NCBI GenBank assembly: GCA_037447605.1
Contig: CM074806.1
Coordinates: forward strand, 1,488,001-1,552,000
DNA: 64,000 bases
DNA from: Zygnema circumcarinatum SAG 698-1b
Taxonomy: Eukaryota; Plantae; Zygnematophyceae
Direction: 5' to 3'
The notes below the pieces were generated by a model that saw only the letters and a list, made by a program, of their open reading frames with translations, did no database searches and had not been told where the DNA came from. The position numbers and the translations under genes were made by a program. The first letter of the stretch is position 1; each line of letters opens with the position of its first letter. Positions 38,214 to 51,495 of this stretch are shown piece after piece.

Positions 38214-41200
38214 ATGGCTGCCATGGCTGCATGCGCCGGACTCTCCACCAAGCTCGTGGCCGGCCAGGGCTCGTTCCTCGGGAACAACGAGAAGCTCAAT
38301 GTGTCCCGCCAACAGAAGAACGTCGCACGGTAAGCGCAAGGCTGTGCGAGTCGACCGTGTGCAAGGACAGACTGCAGCTGCAAGCTGGAGAGCTTGTTTC
38401 GTGCATTTTTCAACGGTGTAATGGCTCAGAGTCAGTGTTTGCGTTGATTGAAGTAGTCGCTCGTTTGCATGTGTGGTTTGGGACGGAGATTTATATCTGT
38501 ATTCTTGATGCTCGTTCTGCTGAAGCATAGCTATTGCTTGCTGGTGTACTTGCAGGGCCACGCCGAGCATTGAGGCCACCTCCAGAGTGGATCGATTCTC
38601 GAAGTCCGATATCATCGTGTCTCCCTCAATCCTCTCTGCTAACTTCGCAAACCTTGGAGCACAGGTTGGTTGATCTTACTGTTGGAGCTTATTATCTGTG
38701 GTGTGGAAAAAACGCATGGCAGTTTATTAATCTGATATTGGGAGCATCTGCTTTATTCGGCCAGAATGGTCGTTGTTCCATCGATCTTGTCGAAGTGTTG
38801 CATCACTCATATTGGAGAGTTTTCTACTAGGATTCGTCAGCGAGACTCGAGCCTACTTGTTTTGAAAGTTGGTGAAGTTTATTGATGCAGGTTAAAGCGA
38901 TTGACGAGGCAGGCTGCGACTGGATTCACGTTGACGTCATGGATGGGCGCTTTGTACCCAACATCACCATCGGCCCCCTCATCGTCGAGGCCCTTCGACC
39001 TGTTACCGATCTTCCTCTTGATGTGCATCTGGTTTGTCCTCTTAGCCCATCAGACTTATTTTCTCACCACTAAACTTCCCAGAGTTATTTTTGTCTTTTA
39101 ACTTAGTTCGACGCCAGTTTTAAAGAGAGCGAGCATGAGGCTGGAACCTCCCCACGCCGCTCTGCATCATCTATGCTTCGTTCTTGAGCTGCTGGTGATA
39201 TGTGATTTAGTTCATGTTGTTCAAAAGCAGTGGCTGTTGGATGAACATCATCTGAGTTTCATGATTTACAGTTACTGTCAACGGTTGTGTTACTAGATGA
39301 TTGTGGAGCCCGAGCAACGAGTTCCAGACTTCGCAAAGGCAGGAGCTGACATCATCAGTGTGCACTGCGAACAACAGGCTACCATTCACTTGCACAGGAC
39401 CATCAACCAGGTGTGCAACGCGTGGACAGATTGATCTGAGGATCATGGTGGCTCCTGTTCTTTTTGTAAAGCTACATGATTTTGGTTTCTACTGCGAGAA
39501 TTTGGGGATGATTTAACCAGCGATGTTGCTTTGCGTTTGGTGAATCGACTTCGTCTTGATGCTCGCTGTGAGTCATGTGAGCCGTAAAGATCTCTCATCA
39601 CGCGTGGAGCTTGTTTGGTGACTTTGGGCTTGACAAGCGGTAGTTGCTATTGTTGACTCTGCAGATTAAGAGCCTTGGCTGCAAGGCTGGCGTTGTGCTC
39701 AACCCCGCAACCTCTCTGTCTGCGATCGATTATGTTCTTGACAGTGAGTCTACTGCACGAGCGACTCTTTTTGTGACTGGACTGGCTCGTCCTTACAGGT
39801 CACCTGCGGCTGTTATTTTTTCAAACTTCTCCTCTTTCCTGCCGTTTTTGTGGTTATCAGTGAACCGTTGGCATAAATTTTCGTTCCTAAGCGTGGCAGA
39901 GTGCTGTTTCTCATTTACTGGTTGCCCGGGCTGATCTTTCACACTTGTCTGTGTGATTCAATCATTCTAGCTCCTGCCTGTCAAGATTATATGAGCAAAA
40001 TGCTTCTTGCTTCTAGTTTGCTTATGAATTGTTGTGCATGGGTTTGTAGTCTCAAATGTTTATAGGTTGCGAGAATCGAATGAGTGACCATATCCGCTAC
40101 TTTTTCTTCTCTTCCCGTTCTTTGGATCTGGAGATCCCTCTCTGAACTTAGTCGGCTACTTTTTTGCTGGCCACGTTTTCTTTTTGAGCGTAGATTTCTG
40201 GACTTGTTGATGCTGTCCATGGCTTCAGAGATGTGAATAGTGTCCATATAGTCAGGCATTTATCACCAGAAACGCACACGCATGTTCTTTAAAGTTCGAG
40301 TCTGAGTCTGAGTCTGAGATCAGGCCGACCATGTTCGTAGAGCTGACAAGGTGCTGAGCCCTTTTCTTCGGCAGTTGTGGACCTTGTGCTCATTATGTCG
40401 GTGAACCCCGGATTCGGAGGTCAGAGCTTCATTGAAAGCCAGGTGCAGAAGATTAAGGAGCTTCGAAGGATTTGCAATGAGAGGGTGAGTCGACTCTCCG
40501 TATTTGTTGTACGCATTGTGGCACTGATTGTGGTCTGTGTTCTTTTATTAGATTTTATTCCTTTGGCGGGAATCATTCGGTCACGTATTTTCTGAACTCT
40601 TACCCGAGTGATCATGATGGTTGAGTACACAGCACAAGTGCTTTCGAGGCAGGTTCTCCTGTTTCGTGTTTTTAGCTGTGATTGTATCAAGAGTGGTGGT
40701 CTGGAGAAGTCAGTCGAACTGTTGGTTAGCAGATATCATCGAGGCTTAACGGGAAATGAGGAATAGCTACGTACAAAACGATTTTTGAGGATGCATTTCT
40801 CAGCAATATTTCTCAAGTGTACGGTTTTTTATCTCAAGCATATAGAATTATCTCCATAAGTATCTTGGACTTGAGCAGGTAGAGTTCCTGTTTGGTTACT
40901 AGCTTCTTGGGAAAATGGAAACCCTGCTGTTTACTCCAAGGTCTGTCAGTCTTTTCAGCCTGTGCCTCTCCTGCAAAGTGGCTTGTTGCAAGAGCACACG
41001 CAACTTGACGTTTCATGAGTCAGCCTTGCTGACAACAGTCCTATTTCCTGGCACTCTGTTCTGCATTCTCTCCTTCTGCTGGAATGGTTCCCAGCGCTAT
41101 AATCCTGGAAAAGGAGAAAATCTCAATCTGTTTGTAGTTTAGCATTTTGCGTTTGTCATCTCACTGGTGCTGTTCCTGGACGCCATTTTAGTCGAGTTGT

Positions 41201-42000
41201 CCGTGTTCGATAGGTTGAACTAGGTTCTCCGTTATTAAGTATTTATGCAAGATCAAGGGCGGTATGCTATCTCATATAAAGCATAGTAAATCATCTTGGA
41301 TATGGTTAGCTATACATGTAGTTATGGTTCTTAGACCAGCCGACTTCTACGCGAAGCTCCATTGCTAATAACTTTTTTATTTTACCGAATTCTCGGATTT
41401 TCTCATCGACATGGACTTTCCTTTGTTCAAATACTTGCATGAAAGATTAAATAGTCAGATTCTACTCTGCTTCATTAATAACACTTGTACTGTTTTTTCT
41501 GTTCGGTGGAGAGCAGGGTTTGAACCCTTGGATTGAGGTCGATGGTGGTGTCGGCCCCAAAAATGCGCATTTGGTGAGCCTCTTCCACAATCTTGCAGTC
41601 GGTTAGCCCTTGTGAAGTAAAGCATTTCTGCAACTGTGCTTGAATTTAGTGGCCGTTCATGACATAGTCGCATGTGCGGGAATAACTACATGCATACGAA
41701 TCTACAACACGCAGCTTACCATGTCAGCGCTTACCTTCTCATAATTACCATCGTGCCGGCAGGTGATTGAGGCGGGAGCAAACGCGATCGTGGCGGGCTC
41801 TGCTGTGTTCAATGCCCCGAGCTACAAGGATGGTGAGCAGCTGCGCCCCTTCTTTTGCGATGAAGTGACCGCTGCTCAGGCACTCGAATCCTCCCAGTTT
41901 TGTGCTGAACCCAAACAAGTACTGACATGCCCATGTATTTTGTGACGGGTTGACAGCCATTGCCGGTATCAAGGCCAGCAAAATGGCAGTGGCCGCCTAA
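38214..42000 (+). CDS. RPE: Ribulose-phosphate 3-epimerase, plastid-targeted
   Basis: Exons 38214-38329, 38556-38664, 38891-39031, 39297-39410, 39665-39743, 40375-40484, 41517-41573, 41763-41832, 41957-42000. Transit-peptide-like N-terminus, [63 protein letters not shown]. Confidence 0.97.
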
Positions 42001-43240
42001 GGAGATCACCGCTTCCACTTCAGTGACGAGGCCTCCGTCTGTTGCGGACTCGCGCCTCGATGGGGAGTGCACGGATAGCACCAGACATGTCATGACTACG
42101 GTCTGCGGACCCAAGAGAAAAAAAAATGCGGATGTTAGTATTGTAGCCGTGTTTACGGCAGGCGGAACTACCACATGTAACAGCTGCAGAACCGCTATAC
42201 TTTCAGCTGGCTGTCCTGCTTGCGAGCCTGTAAAAATAACTGGAGGTGGTGATGTGGCAGCAGCAGCAGACAAGCAATAGGGAAAGGGGAAGTGCTGCTG
42301 CGATAGGGTAGGAACACAATTTGGTGTTTATTGTTTTTTGTCGGGAGATCTGTGATCAGTAAGGAGGCCCGTTGCTTTACCCACAGAATATTGTTTTCTT
42401 GTCTAATTCTAAATATTAACAAGCCAAATTCCAAGTAACCATGACAAAAAGGGCGTTCTTTGGGAGGGGGGTTGGGGGGGGGGGGGTGTCATGAGATGCT
42501 AGCTTCGGTCGCAAAGTCCAACAGACGGACTGCTGGACTCTCTGTCTTTTAGGGAGTCCAACGATACCATTTCTCGCATCAATCGATGCAGAGATCCAGG
42601 ACTCAAAGTCGAACGCCTCGAGCAGGTGGTCATGCCACCACTCACTATAACACATCGGACCGTTGGACCACCAATTGGAATGGTTGCGATTCCTAACCAT
42701 GAGTTCGTGACCCAACCGACCATGGCAGTGGTTGCAACCATAGTTTTCAGTTTCAAGTTTTTCAAAATTCAGATTCAAATCTTTGGTTCCGGTGACCTGG
42801 TAGTTGGCTTCTTAAGAAGAAACCCCTCCAAATTTTGACGACACACCTGAGGAGCATTTGCGAATCTAACTCTGGCAGTGTGCGAGTTTTACGCGTTGTG
42901 CGCCGACTGGACGCTTGGCCACATCTGCAAAAATTAGGGGTTCAGGAAGAGAATACCCTGATGGCCCCTTTCAAGCAAGGGCCCGCTAAAGTGCTGCAAA
43001 CGCAGAGGATGAGCTCTGACAATTGGTGGCCACTGAGATGAAGCAGTCTCTGGTCTTGCCTCCGCCACAGTCAACAGCTCCATAAGTCACCGCGCTTAAC
43101 TTGCTTTTAAGAGTGTACGTGGCAAGTAAGCCATTAAACCATGCTCGACTGCAGTCAGCAACAGAGAAAGGCCAGCGGATGCATTTATTTGCTCGAGAGA
43201 GAGAGGCGCAGCGCACGGCTCTCTCTCTCTGTGCCCATCC

Positions 43241-43461
43241 GCACGTCACGAAACGTCACGTGACGTGCGGCTCCATGGAGCGTTTTGGCGTCGTGTGAAA
43301 CGCGTTACAGAGTCACATCAGGGCCCGCTTTGCCGACGTGACGCTTACGTGGCGGTTGCATTGTGCTGACGTGGCAGGCGTTTGCGTTTTGTGGAACGCG
43401 CCGCGTTTAGAAGTGTTCCAAAAAACGCGATCGGAATTTCCAGTCGGCGCCGCCACGTGGC
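43241..43461. promoter_or_regulatory. Cluster of eight ACGT-core (G-box/ABRE-like) elements
   Basis: ACGT at 43243, 43253, 43258, 43263, 43336, 43347, 43369 and in the palindrome GCCACGTGGC (43452-43461). Target gene not identified. Confidence 0.5.
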
Positions 43462-43520
43462 TCCGAAGGTCAGTCTCGACGCCCTGCGCGGCCTCGCCGA
43501 CAAAAAAGCGGCAAACGCGA

Positions 43521-43617
43521 GGTCCTTTGCGCCCAATTCCTCGTGGTTCCCCGTGAAGATGATTTTATCCATGGACATTTGATGGCATGACCGCCATCGT
43601 GAGATCCATGCCACATC
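43521..43617 (-). repeat. Dispersed repeat family, copy 6
   Basis: Reverse complement GATGTGGCATGGATCTCACGATGGCGGTCATGCCATCAAATGTCCATGGATAAAATCATCTTCACGGGGAACCACGAGGAATTGGGCGCAAAGGACC is highly similar to copy 1. Confidence 0.8.
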
Positions 43618-44292
43618 ACTTCTCTTTGTTTTGATAAAATTCAGTTGAGAAAATGATGTGGCATCAAAGTTAGGTTCACCTTTTCCTATTAAACTAGGAA
43701 TTTGAGTGCTTCGAGTGCTTAGTTTTCACGTGCCGTGACACCATATCACACGTAGGTAGCGTTCTGGACGGCAGGCAGGAACCCCACACAGACACAGCAC
43801 ATCCAAAACAGGCCCAACACAGAAACGTAAAATTACATTACCACTAATCATACGTACAAGCCATTTAAAAAAAAATAAACCCACAAATTTTACATCGAGC
43901 GAGAGAGGTTGCCTAGCGACGGCTCTGTCCCCAGCAGACACGCGAAGGGCCGCTGCTTCTACACAGGACTCCGGCCATCATAAAAAAGTAGGCCACGGCT
44001 AAAAAAAACCAAAAGGAAACTCACGTCTAAAGCACATCTATCCATATGCAGCAAAAGGTTAAACCAGAAGCTGGCTGCAAGACGCTTCCACCATAGAACA
44101 CGAGCCTATCTATCATATACGTCGCTTGACGACAACTACATTTGCCACATGCTCTTAATGGGAAACGAGAAGCCCCCGGCAGCGTTCAAGTTCGAAGACT
44201 GACTCCACTCTCCGCGTCATCCCAGCAGGACGCCTTAGCAATCACTGCAGAGACCCTTCTTCTATGATAGAACGGCGTTACTAGCCACGCAC

Positions 44293-47200
44293 TTACGAAG
44301 ATGATGACGAGTCCCGCACCTCGGCGTCCTCCCACTCCATGTCCTCATCATTCGCCATGGACTGCCTCGCCTCATCGGGCTCCGGACTGATGAGCTTCAA
44401 CGGAGCATCCAAACTTGGTGGGCTCTGCCAATGGCAACCATCCATGTGAAAGGGAAAACTTTCAGCGCAGACCTGGGATTGCTCATAATCTACAGAAGCC
44501 AAGACCGGCAGATGGTAGCAGCCACAAATGCCAATAAACCAATGAATATGAAGGACTGCTGTTCCTAATGCAGTGGCTTGTAAGCTGTTGATTCGTGAAG
44601 AGACACCACCGATAGCAGCTCAGTCTCCAGCCCTTCCCCTTTGAAACCATAGGCAAGATTGGACAGGATAGGGGAGGCTCCTACCATGCATCGAATGAGC
44701 GGCCAAGTGATGCTGGCAAACCACGGGTGCTCCTTAATCTCATTTGCACCCCGCTTAGCGCCCAATCTCTGCTCGGGGTCGCGCTGCAGGAGGGCCTTAA
44801 TCATCAGCTTTGCTTCCAAGCTGACTGGAGGATTGTTCGGAAAGGCGAGCTCCTTCATCAAGACATTCGTGAAAGTGCGTTGTCTGTTGCGCCCTCGGAA
44901 TGGTGTACGGCCATAAAGCATCTCATACACAAACACTCCTGCGCACAATTGCACGTTAACGGGGGATACGTCAGCCCTTTCCTCCTGAACTCTTCGATTT
45001 GCAATAAAAGAAGCTGTCAGGATCACCATTTCTGATAAAATTCACTTACCGAAGGCCCACCAGTCAACAGGACTGCTGTGCCCTGTTCCACTGATGATCT
45101 CCGGGGCGATGTATTCTTCAGTGCCAACAAACGAGTTGCTGACACCGGACGGCTCTGCTACAAACTGAGGTTTTGGCTTCTCCAACTTCTTTGAACGCAA
45201 ACTCATCCTCTTTGACGATGAGTTCACCTCTGGAGTAGGCGTGAGTATCTGCAGTGATGCAGAAACACTCGTTCAGATAGCATATGGGAACTGAAAAACC
45301 AGAAAACAACAATCGTATTGGGACTGATCAAGCACAGTGGAAGCAACAGAGCGAGAAATTGTGAAGTTCATGACTGCAGGAAACAAAACCTACCTGAGGG
45401 GTGCTGGTTGTGAGGAAGGAAAGGTCGAAATCGGTGAGTAGCAGATGGCCATTGGAGCCGATGAGAATGTTCTCCGGCTTTAAATCGCGATAAATCACAC
45501 CCTGACAATGGAGGTATTCCAACGCCAACAGGACTTCCGCTGCATAGAACCGTGCTGCATCCTCGTCAAACCGTTTGCCCTTTTGCCGATCAAGTAGCAT
45601 ATAGAGCTCTCCTCCAGGGCAAAATTCCGTGATGAGACAAACATGTGTGGAAGTCTGGAAAGAAGCATAAAGTGTGGGCAGGAAGGGATGGTCCATGGCT
45701 TCCAAAATTTCACGTTCTGTGCAGGCTCGGTGCACTTTGTTGCGATTAATCATAACATCCTTATCCATAGCCTTCATAGCAAACAGCTTTCCTGTGTCCC
45801 GCAGTTCCACCAAATGCACGCTTCCAGTGTCTCCACATCCAAGCGGCTTTATGGGCCGAAAGTGCTTAAGGCCAAGCTTGCCATCTCTTTCCTTTACCTG
45901 CATCATGTACAGACAGTGTCAGAATTCAAGGTCTCCAAAGAAGCCGATCAAAACGATACGTTTCTGGAGTATCAGAAACGATACTCCATTTCTCTTTCCA
46001 TTGCTGGACAACCACATGCTTGGCAAGCAATGCTGAGGAGGATACGAGCATGCGCGCTGAACAGATGAGAGAAACTCAGTCTTCCACACCTCAAGGATAG
46101 CCGCCCAACTGGGGTCATTTAGCTTATGGGGGCGAGGAGTCACGGGCTTCGCATGCACAGCCCAAATGTCGTCCTTTGCCTGCAAAAAGACCCTCCGCCA
46201 CCTTCTCTTTAGCCTTCCTCACTTATCACCTTGAAAAGTCAGAAGTAAACTTCCCCCATGCACGTCCTGACTTGCCTAACAGGAAATTCGATACATTAAG
46301 ACATAACCTTACAGCACAGTTTTAAAAAATTCAACCTCGTCCTCCTTTTGCATACTACAAATCATGACTTGAAGGATCGTTATAGGACTTACTGCGCCTG
46401 CGTCTGGAAGCTCAAGTAAGCCCAAGTTGACATTGTTTGCGGTGTCAATAACCTGCATCCTCCTCCCGAATTACAACCAACCTTCACATGAGAGATTCTG
46501 CTTGATACTATGCTGAATTCCAAAAATGAACAAAATCCTGTAAACCTCGCAAATCTGACCAATCCAGCAAGCACCAAATGTTAAATCTTGCTTCCCGTTT
46601 GTCTGCCCCCAAACAAGAAGAAGACAATGCTCTCGCTGTGAAAAGTGTTTCGAGGAGAATTTTATCACAGCATGATGTCGATTGAGACATTGAGTCAAGA
46701 ACAAGAGCCATGCTTCTATGTGGATTACGAGAGGGTAATGCATTGCACCTTGGACCAAGCCATCCAAGACATGCAAATGTATGTGCAGACAATACGGCCA
46801 CATTAAACGGCTTCATGGGCACTTCAGGGCCCCGGAAACAAAGTTGTTGAGAATCCACAGTTTAGTGCAGGCAGGGACAGCATCTGTGGCAGTAACTGCC
46901 AAAACACATAGAGGTTTTTTTGTTCACGATAGGTTCAGCTTTTACAATAAGAACGACGAAGTAAGCTTTTTCTTCCATTTGCACCCAAGTGCAAGCAGTG
47001 ACTCTCTACAGTTATGTATATTTCTGATCGCCTCGTGGCGTGAGGCCATGAGGCCCATAAATCAATCACAACTATGTTAAGGATTGCATGTGCACAATGT
47101 TATACTCATCCAAATTTTGGCATTGTGGTATGCACGGCCAATGCTTAGCCGACCATGCATGGAATGAGCATGTTCTATTACCTGAGTAGTGCCTTCCTTT

Positions 47201-50146
47201 GCTTTGGATTCAGACAAGCGCTTGGCGGAGGGCTCGACATACGTGCTTGCATCGAGCTGCACTCCAATGAAGTACTGCAACTGACCCTGCCCATCGTATT
47301 CCCCGACAAGGGAGAAATCAGCAACAGTCACTCTTGTCGTGGAGGAACTAATGGTGCCAAAGCCCCCATGACCGCCATGATAGTATTTGGAAAGAGAATT
47401 AGACACGGCGGGGGAGCTGCTTTCACGTGCATTAGTGCACCGTTTTTGCCAACAGCTCAAAAAAAGCAGCGAAAAGAACTCTGAGGGGGTCTAGTCATGC
47501 TAGTTACCCTGCTATCCCGGACAGCCTGCAAGTGAAATAGATTCCAGAATGGTTTTCCTGCACCCTCCAAAACCAGCTAACTGTTGGCAAGTACAACTAC
47601 TGCATTTGTCGCATATTGCAGGAAGCAAAAGAAAGTAAATAAGGCGGCAATCCGCGACAGCAAGGTTCTGCCGAGACATTCATTATCATCACAATCCAGC
47701 GTTCTGATAGTCAAGCGCCTGCCCTCGATCGTTTCACAAGCAAAAAGACTAAAATCTCTAGTTTTTTCATGCTTACCACTCTTGGTATAATTAAGAAGCT
47801 GCACAGTCACATCCTCATTATTTCTAATGGCAGTTCGAATTTTTTCCACAGTTTCTGGATCTGTGTCTTTGCCCTGCAGAAACCTGCACGTTTACAAAAG
47901 GATAGACCCACTTGCTTCAGTAGCTCTACCACATGACAATATGAAAATCTTCATCTTCCCCTAAATGCTACCTTGAGCCTTATCGAACGGCTGCACCCGT
48001 GCTTATGATGAAGAAACATCTGCCAAAAAAGCGACCCACCTAAATGTTTTCCATCCGTGAATTCCTCAAGTGATGCAGCATTTCCACGGCAAAGTTCTCA
48101 CCTGCAGTTGCGTCCAAGCACCTCCTCTCGCGAATATTCCGTTAGTTCCAAAAAGTCGTCCGAAGCAAAAATCTGCATGACGCCGTATACCAACGGAAGA
48201 AATTTTCGTTAGGGCCACAAGCGGAAATTCGAAGCTCCATATCGTCTGAGCTACCACGGTTGCTCGAATGTCATTTGCTAGTATTCTGTGAGAACAAAAA
48301 AGCTTTTTTCTTTTTAAAATCTAGGCCTCCAACGGCAAAGCTTACAATGGGATTATCAGGCAGCCGCGGGTCGGTAATAACGAAGTTCTTCTGAATACGT
48401 TCAAGGGTTGTGGCCAAATCCATTCCCCGTCGCAACTTGCGCTCGCCGTCAGCGCCCGTTTGGAACTCTTCCTGAGCAGCCATCATCTTCACTTCCTCCT
48501 GAGGCTTTGGAGTATCCTCCTTCGGCTTCCTGCATTGCGCGTATGAAAGGAAAAGCCCATGTTTGGTGTCTTTCTTCACTAGTAACAACAGACGTTCAAC
48601 CCCTACTTTTCGCTCAGAAATACACATGCTGGATAAAAAACAACGATAGAACTAAACAATATGCAGAAGGTCAACTTTACGATTTGACAACCACATAGAT
48701 ATTTATACAACTTTCGGTATGACAAGCTCACTGACTAGGCAGAAGCTGCAATGGAATTCTCATAACACACGCAGTATCCATAAAAGGGCAACGTGGGGCT
48801 CCATGAAGACTGCAAATTGGAGCAGCCAAATTGGCCATGACATGAATCTGATGATTAACAATGAGCAATGGCAGGATGTAAGTGCACGGTATCTAACCCT
48901 AAAAGTGCCATAAAGCCCGACGTGCGCCTATCTCTCTTTCTCGCTCCACCTTCTTCCTTCTCCTGTGGCTTCCCTTCCTGCGCCGAAGTCACGTCGTCCA
49001 CCTTCGGAAGGGCCATAAGGGATTCCAGGCCACTTCGTTGACCCGGATTCTGTACTGCTTCGACGAGCTCAGCAACGCCCACTTCCGCTTCCTCCATCTG
49101 CCTCGCTGCTCAAAAACAAATGTCACCATTAAGACTCAGCAAAACTCAGCAGAATGAATTCCAGCTTCCAAGGCCTGCTACTGCTTTCAGACAGCAACGA
49201 GCCTTCTTAAGCTACTGAGTGGTCAGTCAAAGAGGTTGCAATATATAAGTTACCATCGTAGCGAATAAGAGAGACGGGCAGCTGATTGGGACGCATATTG
49301 TCATCCTGCTTTCCCTCAGTAAACTTGGACACCTCCACTTGCATGCTGCACGCTTCACATAGCAAGCTGGCAGTTAGACCTCAAAGCCCCCTAACTAGCA
49401 GGGATTGGCATTTCTCCTGAAACACATAGCAGTCATAGACCAACACAAATCTCGTATGAGCCAAAGGACATGCCAAATCGCTGTATCAATGGGCCGCACA
49501 TTACTATGCCGCCCTGCCGGCGAAGCTAAAAGCAAGGGAGAACGGCGAAAAGAGAACCCACCCAATAAACTTAACCACCTTCCCGTTGTCGTCTTTCACA
49601 GGTGAAACTGTCAGCAAGTTCCAAAACGGCGTGCCATCTTTGCGGTAGTTCAGCAAACGGCCGCACCAGCCCTCTCCAGCCATAAGAGCCTGCTTCAATT
49701 TCCCAAGCTCTTCCTTGTCTGTCTCCGGACCCTGCAGGAAGCGGCTGGAGTCATGCAAACGCAATCAAACGTTAAAAAACGCCAAAACAGTATGTAGTTT
49801 GGTGGCTTCATTGAAAAAAAATAAGGTTTCAGCAAACACTTGACCATGGCCGTAGCTTCAGACACGAGAACGGCAGTGCCCGGACATACCAATTCTTGCC
49901 AATGACTTCGTTGGCCGAGTAGCCTGTCATCTGATAGAAACCTTCGCTGGCGAACATGACGGGTATGTCAGGCTTGGTCGCATCGCACATCACAAAAGTC
50001 TGCTGAAACGTCGTCAGGGCATCCTTCAAGTTTGCAGACGCCCCGCTCAGCACCCTCCCTCCGCTCGCAGGACCTAAGCTGCCGCTAGACTGCAGCAGCG
50101 GCTCCCGAATACTGATAGAATAGCGGGAGGCCGGCAGCACCGCCAT
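44293..50146 (-). CDS. PHOT: Phototropin (LOV1-LOV2-Jalpha-AGCVIII kinase)
   Basis: Exons 50146-49890, 49744-49562, 49345-49254, 49105-48898, 48529-48346, 48172-48102, 47883-47777, 47557-47508, 47286-47182, 46452-46393, 46179-46090, 45897-45394, 45248-45050, 44938-44685, 44424-~44293. Motifs: [65 protein letters not shown] further tiny 3' exon near 44235 is possible. Confidence 0.97.
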
Positions 50147-51495
50147 GGCGACGACGAGGTTTGCCTGCCCCTGCCCCTGCCCCTGCCCCTGCCCTCTCCG
50201 GTGCAGCTTGCAGCTTGCAGCTTGCAGCAGCGCCGGAGCGGTGTGCTCTCTCCTCTCCTTCTTCAAGTTCCCGCCCGTCCCTCGCGGTCCCTGCCTGCCC
50301 CCCCGACTGCGCCCACTGGGGCCCGCCCGCGCCCGCGAGTGGCGGGCGGCGGGGCCGTACGGCGGCGCCTCATTCATGGCAGCCGTATGGTACGGCACTG
50401 CCGCCCGGCCCGGCCCGACCTCGCCCCTGCCTGCGTCCGTACCGCACGTGCGGGGGCGCTGTGGGGCGGGCAGGGGCCGCTCCATGCGCGCTGTGGATCG
50501 CCGTTCCGTAGAACGGATCTCGGTGAAATTCGACCGTCAACGCTGAGATCAGAAAGCCAATGAGACGCGTCATGTGTGCACTTTTCACCCAACCTCTCGA
50601 ATCTCATTGGCCGCTGCCGCAGTCGCGTGTCGCAGGCGGCCGTCGCATGCGCCAACCTCCCGCCCGGTTTCGTGCCAGAAACTGGGTTTCGGGAGGCAAG
50701 CAGCGGATCAATCCCAGAGCCCTCCCCGGATCTCCGGCGGTGGCGCCGCGGGGCCGTGCCACGCGGCCCCGCCAGCTGGCTCAATCCGCCCGCTGGATCG
50801 TGCGGCCCATCTGGGCCGTCCGATCGGCCGCGGGGGGCGGGCGGGCCGGCCGCTGCGGTCGTTCGGGGGGGCATTGATGGCGGGCGGCCCGCCGCGCAGC
50901 AGGATCTGCCTGACCCGATCTGTACGGACGCCTACTCTGTAAGGCCGTACGGCCTGCACGCGGAGGGCGACGGCCGCGTACTGTGCGCGCGGCGGGGCCA
51001 CGCGGCGCCACGTGGGGGGCACGCCAACGGCCGGCACAAGTCGCACTGCCAATCATTGCCGCTTGCTGCCGGGCGCGCCGCGACCCGCACGGACGGACGG
51101 ACGGACGGACGGACGGTGCGTCGGTCGCGTCGTCGCACGTGCTCGCTGGCGGGCTCGCTCGCGTCTCTTCTCCTCGCGAAACAATCCGCACCCACTCGGG
51201 TGGCCATGCGTCCCCATGCCATGCCATGCCATGCCATGGGTTGGGTTGGCTTGTTTCGCTGGCGGCCCATTTGCTGCCCACATACGGAACAATGGGCCTT
51301 TCTGGGGCCGTTAGGAGCCTGAATAGCGGCACCACTCGAGTACGATCCGGCACTTGTAAGTAGCCGTCAGCGGAGTGAGTGAGAGACGCCGCGTGGCGCC
51401 ATGTTCGGTGACGCTGCATTGTGCCGGCCGGCCGCCCAGCCTTAAAGCCAAACTCGTGCCTTTACGCATGGCCGCGGAAGGCGACAAAGACGCAG

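Noticed and set aside
50146-51400. Neochrome (phytochrome-phototropin fusion) hypothesis
   Set aside because: No phytochrome-like coding sequence upstream of LOV1.
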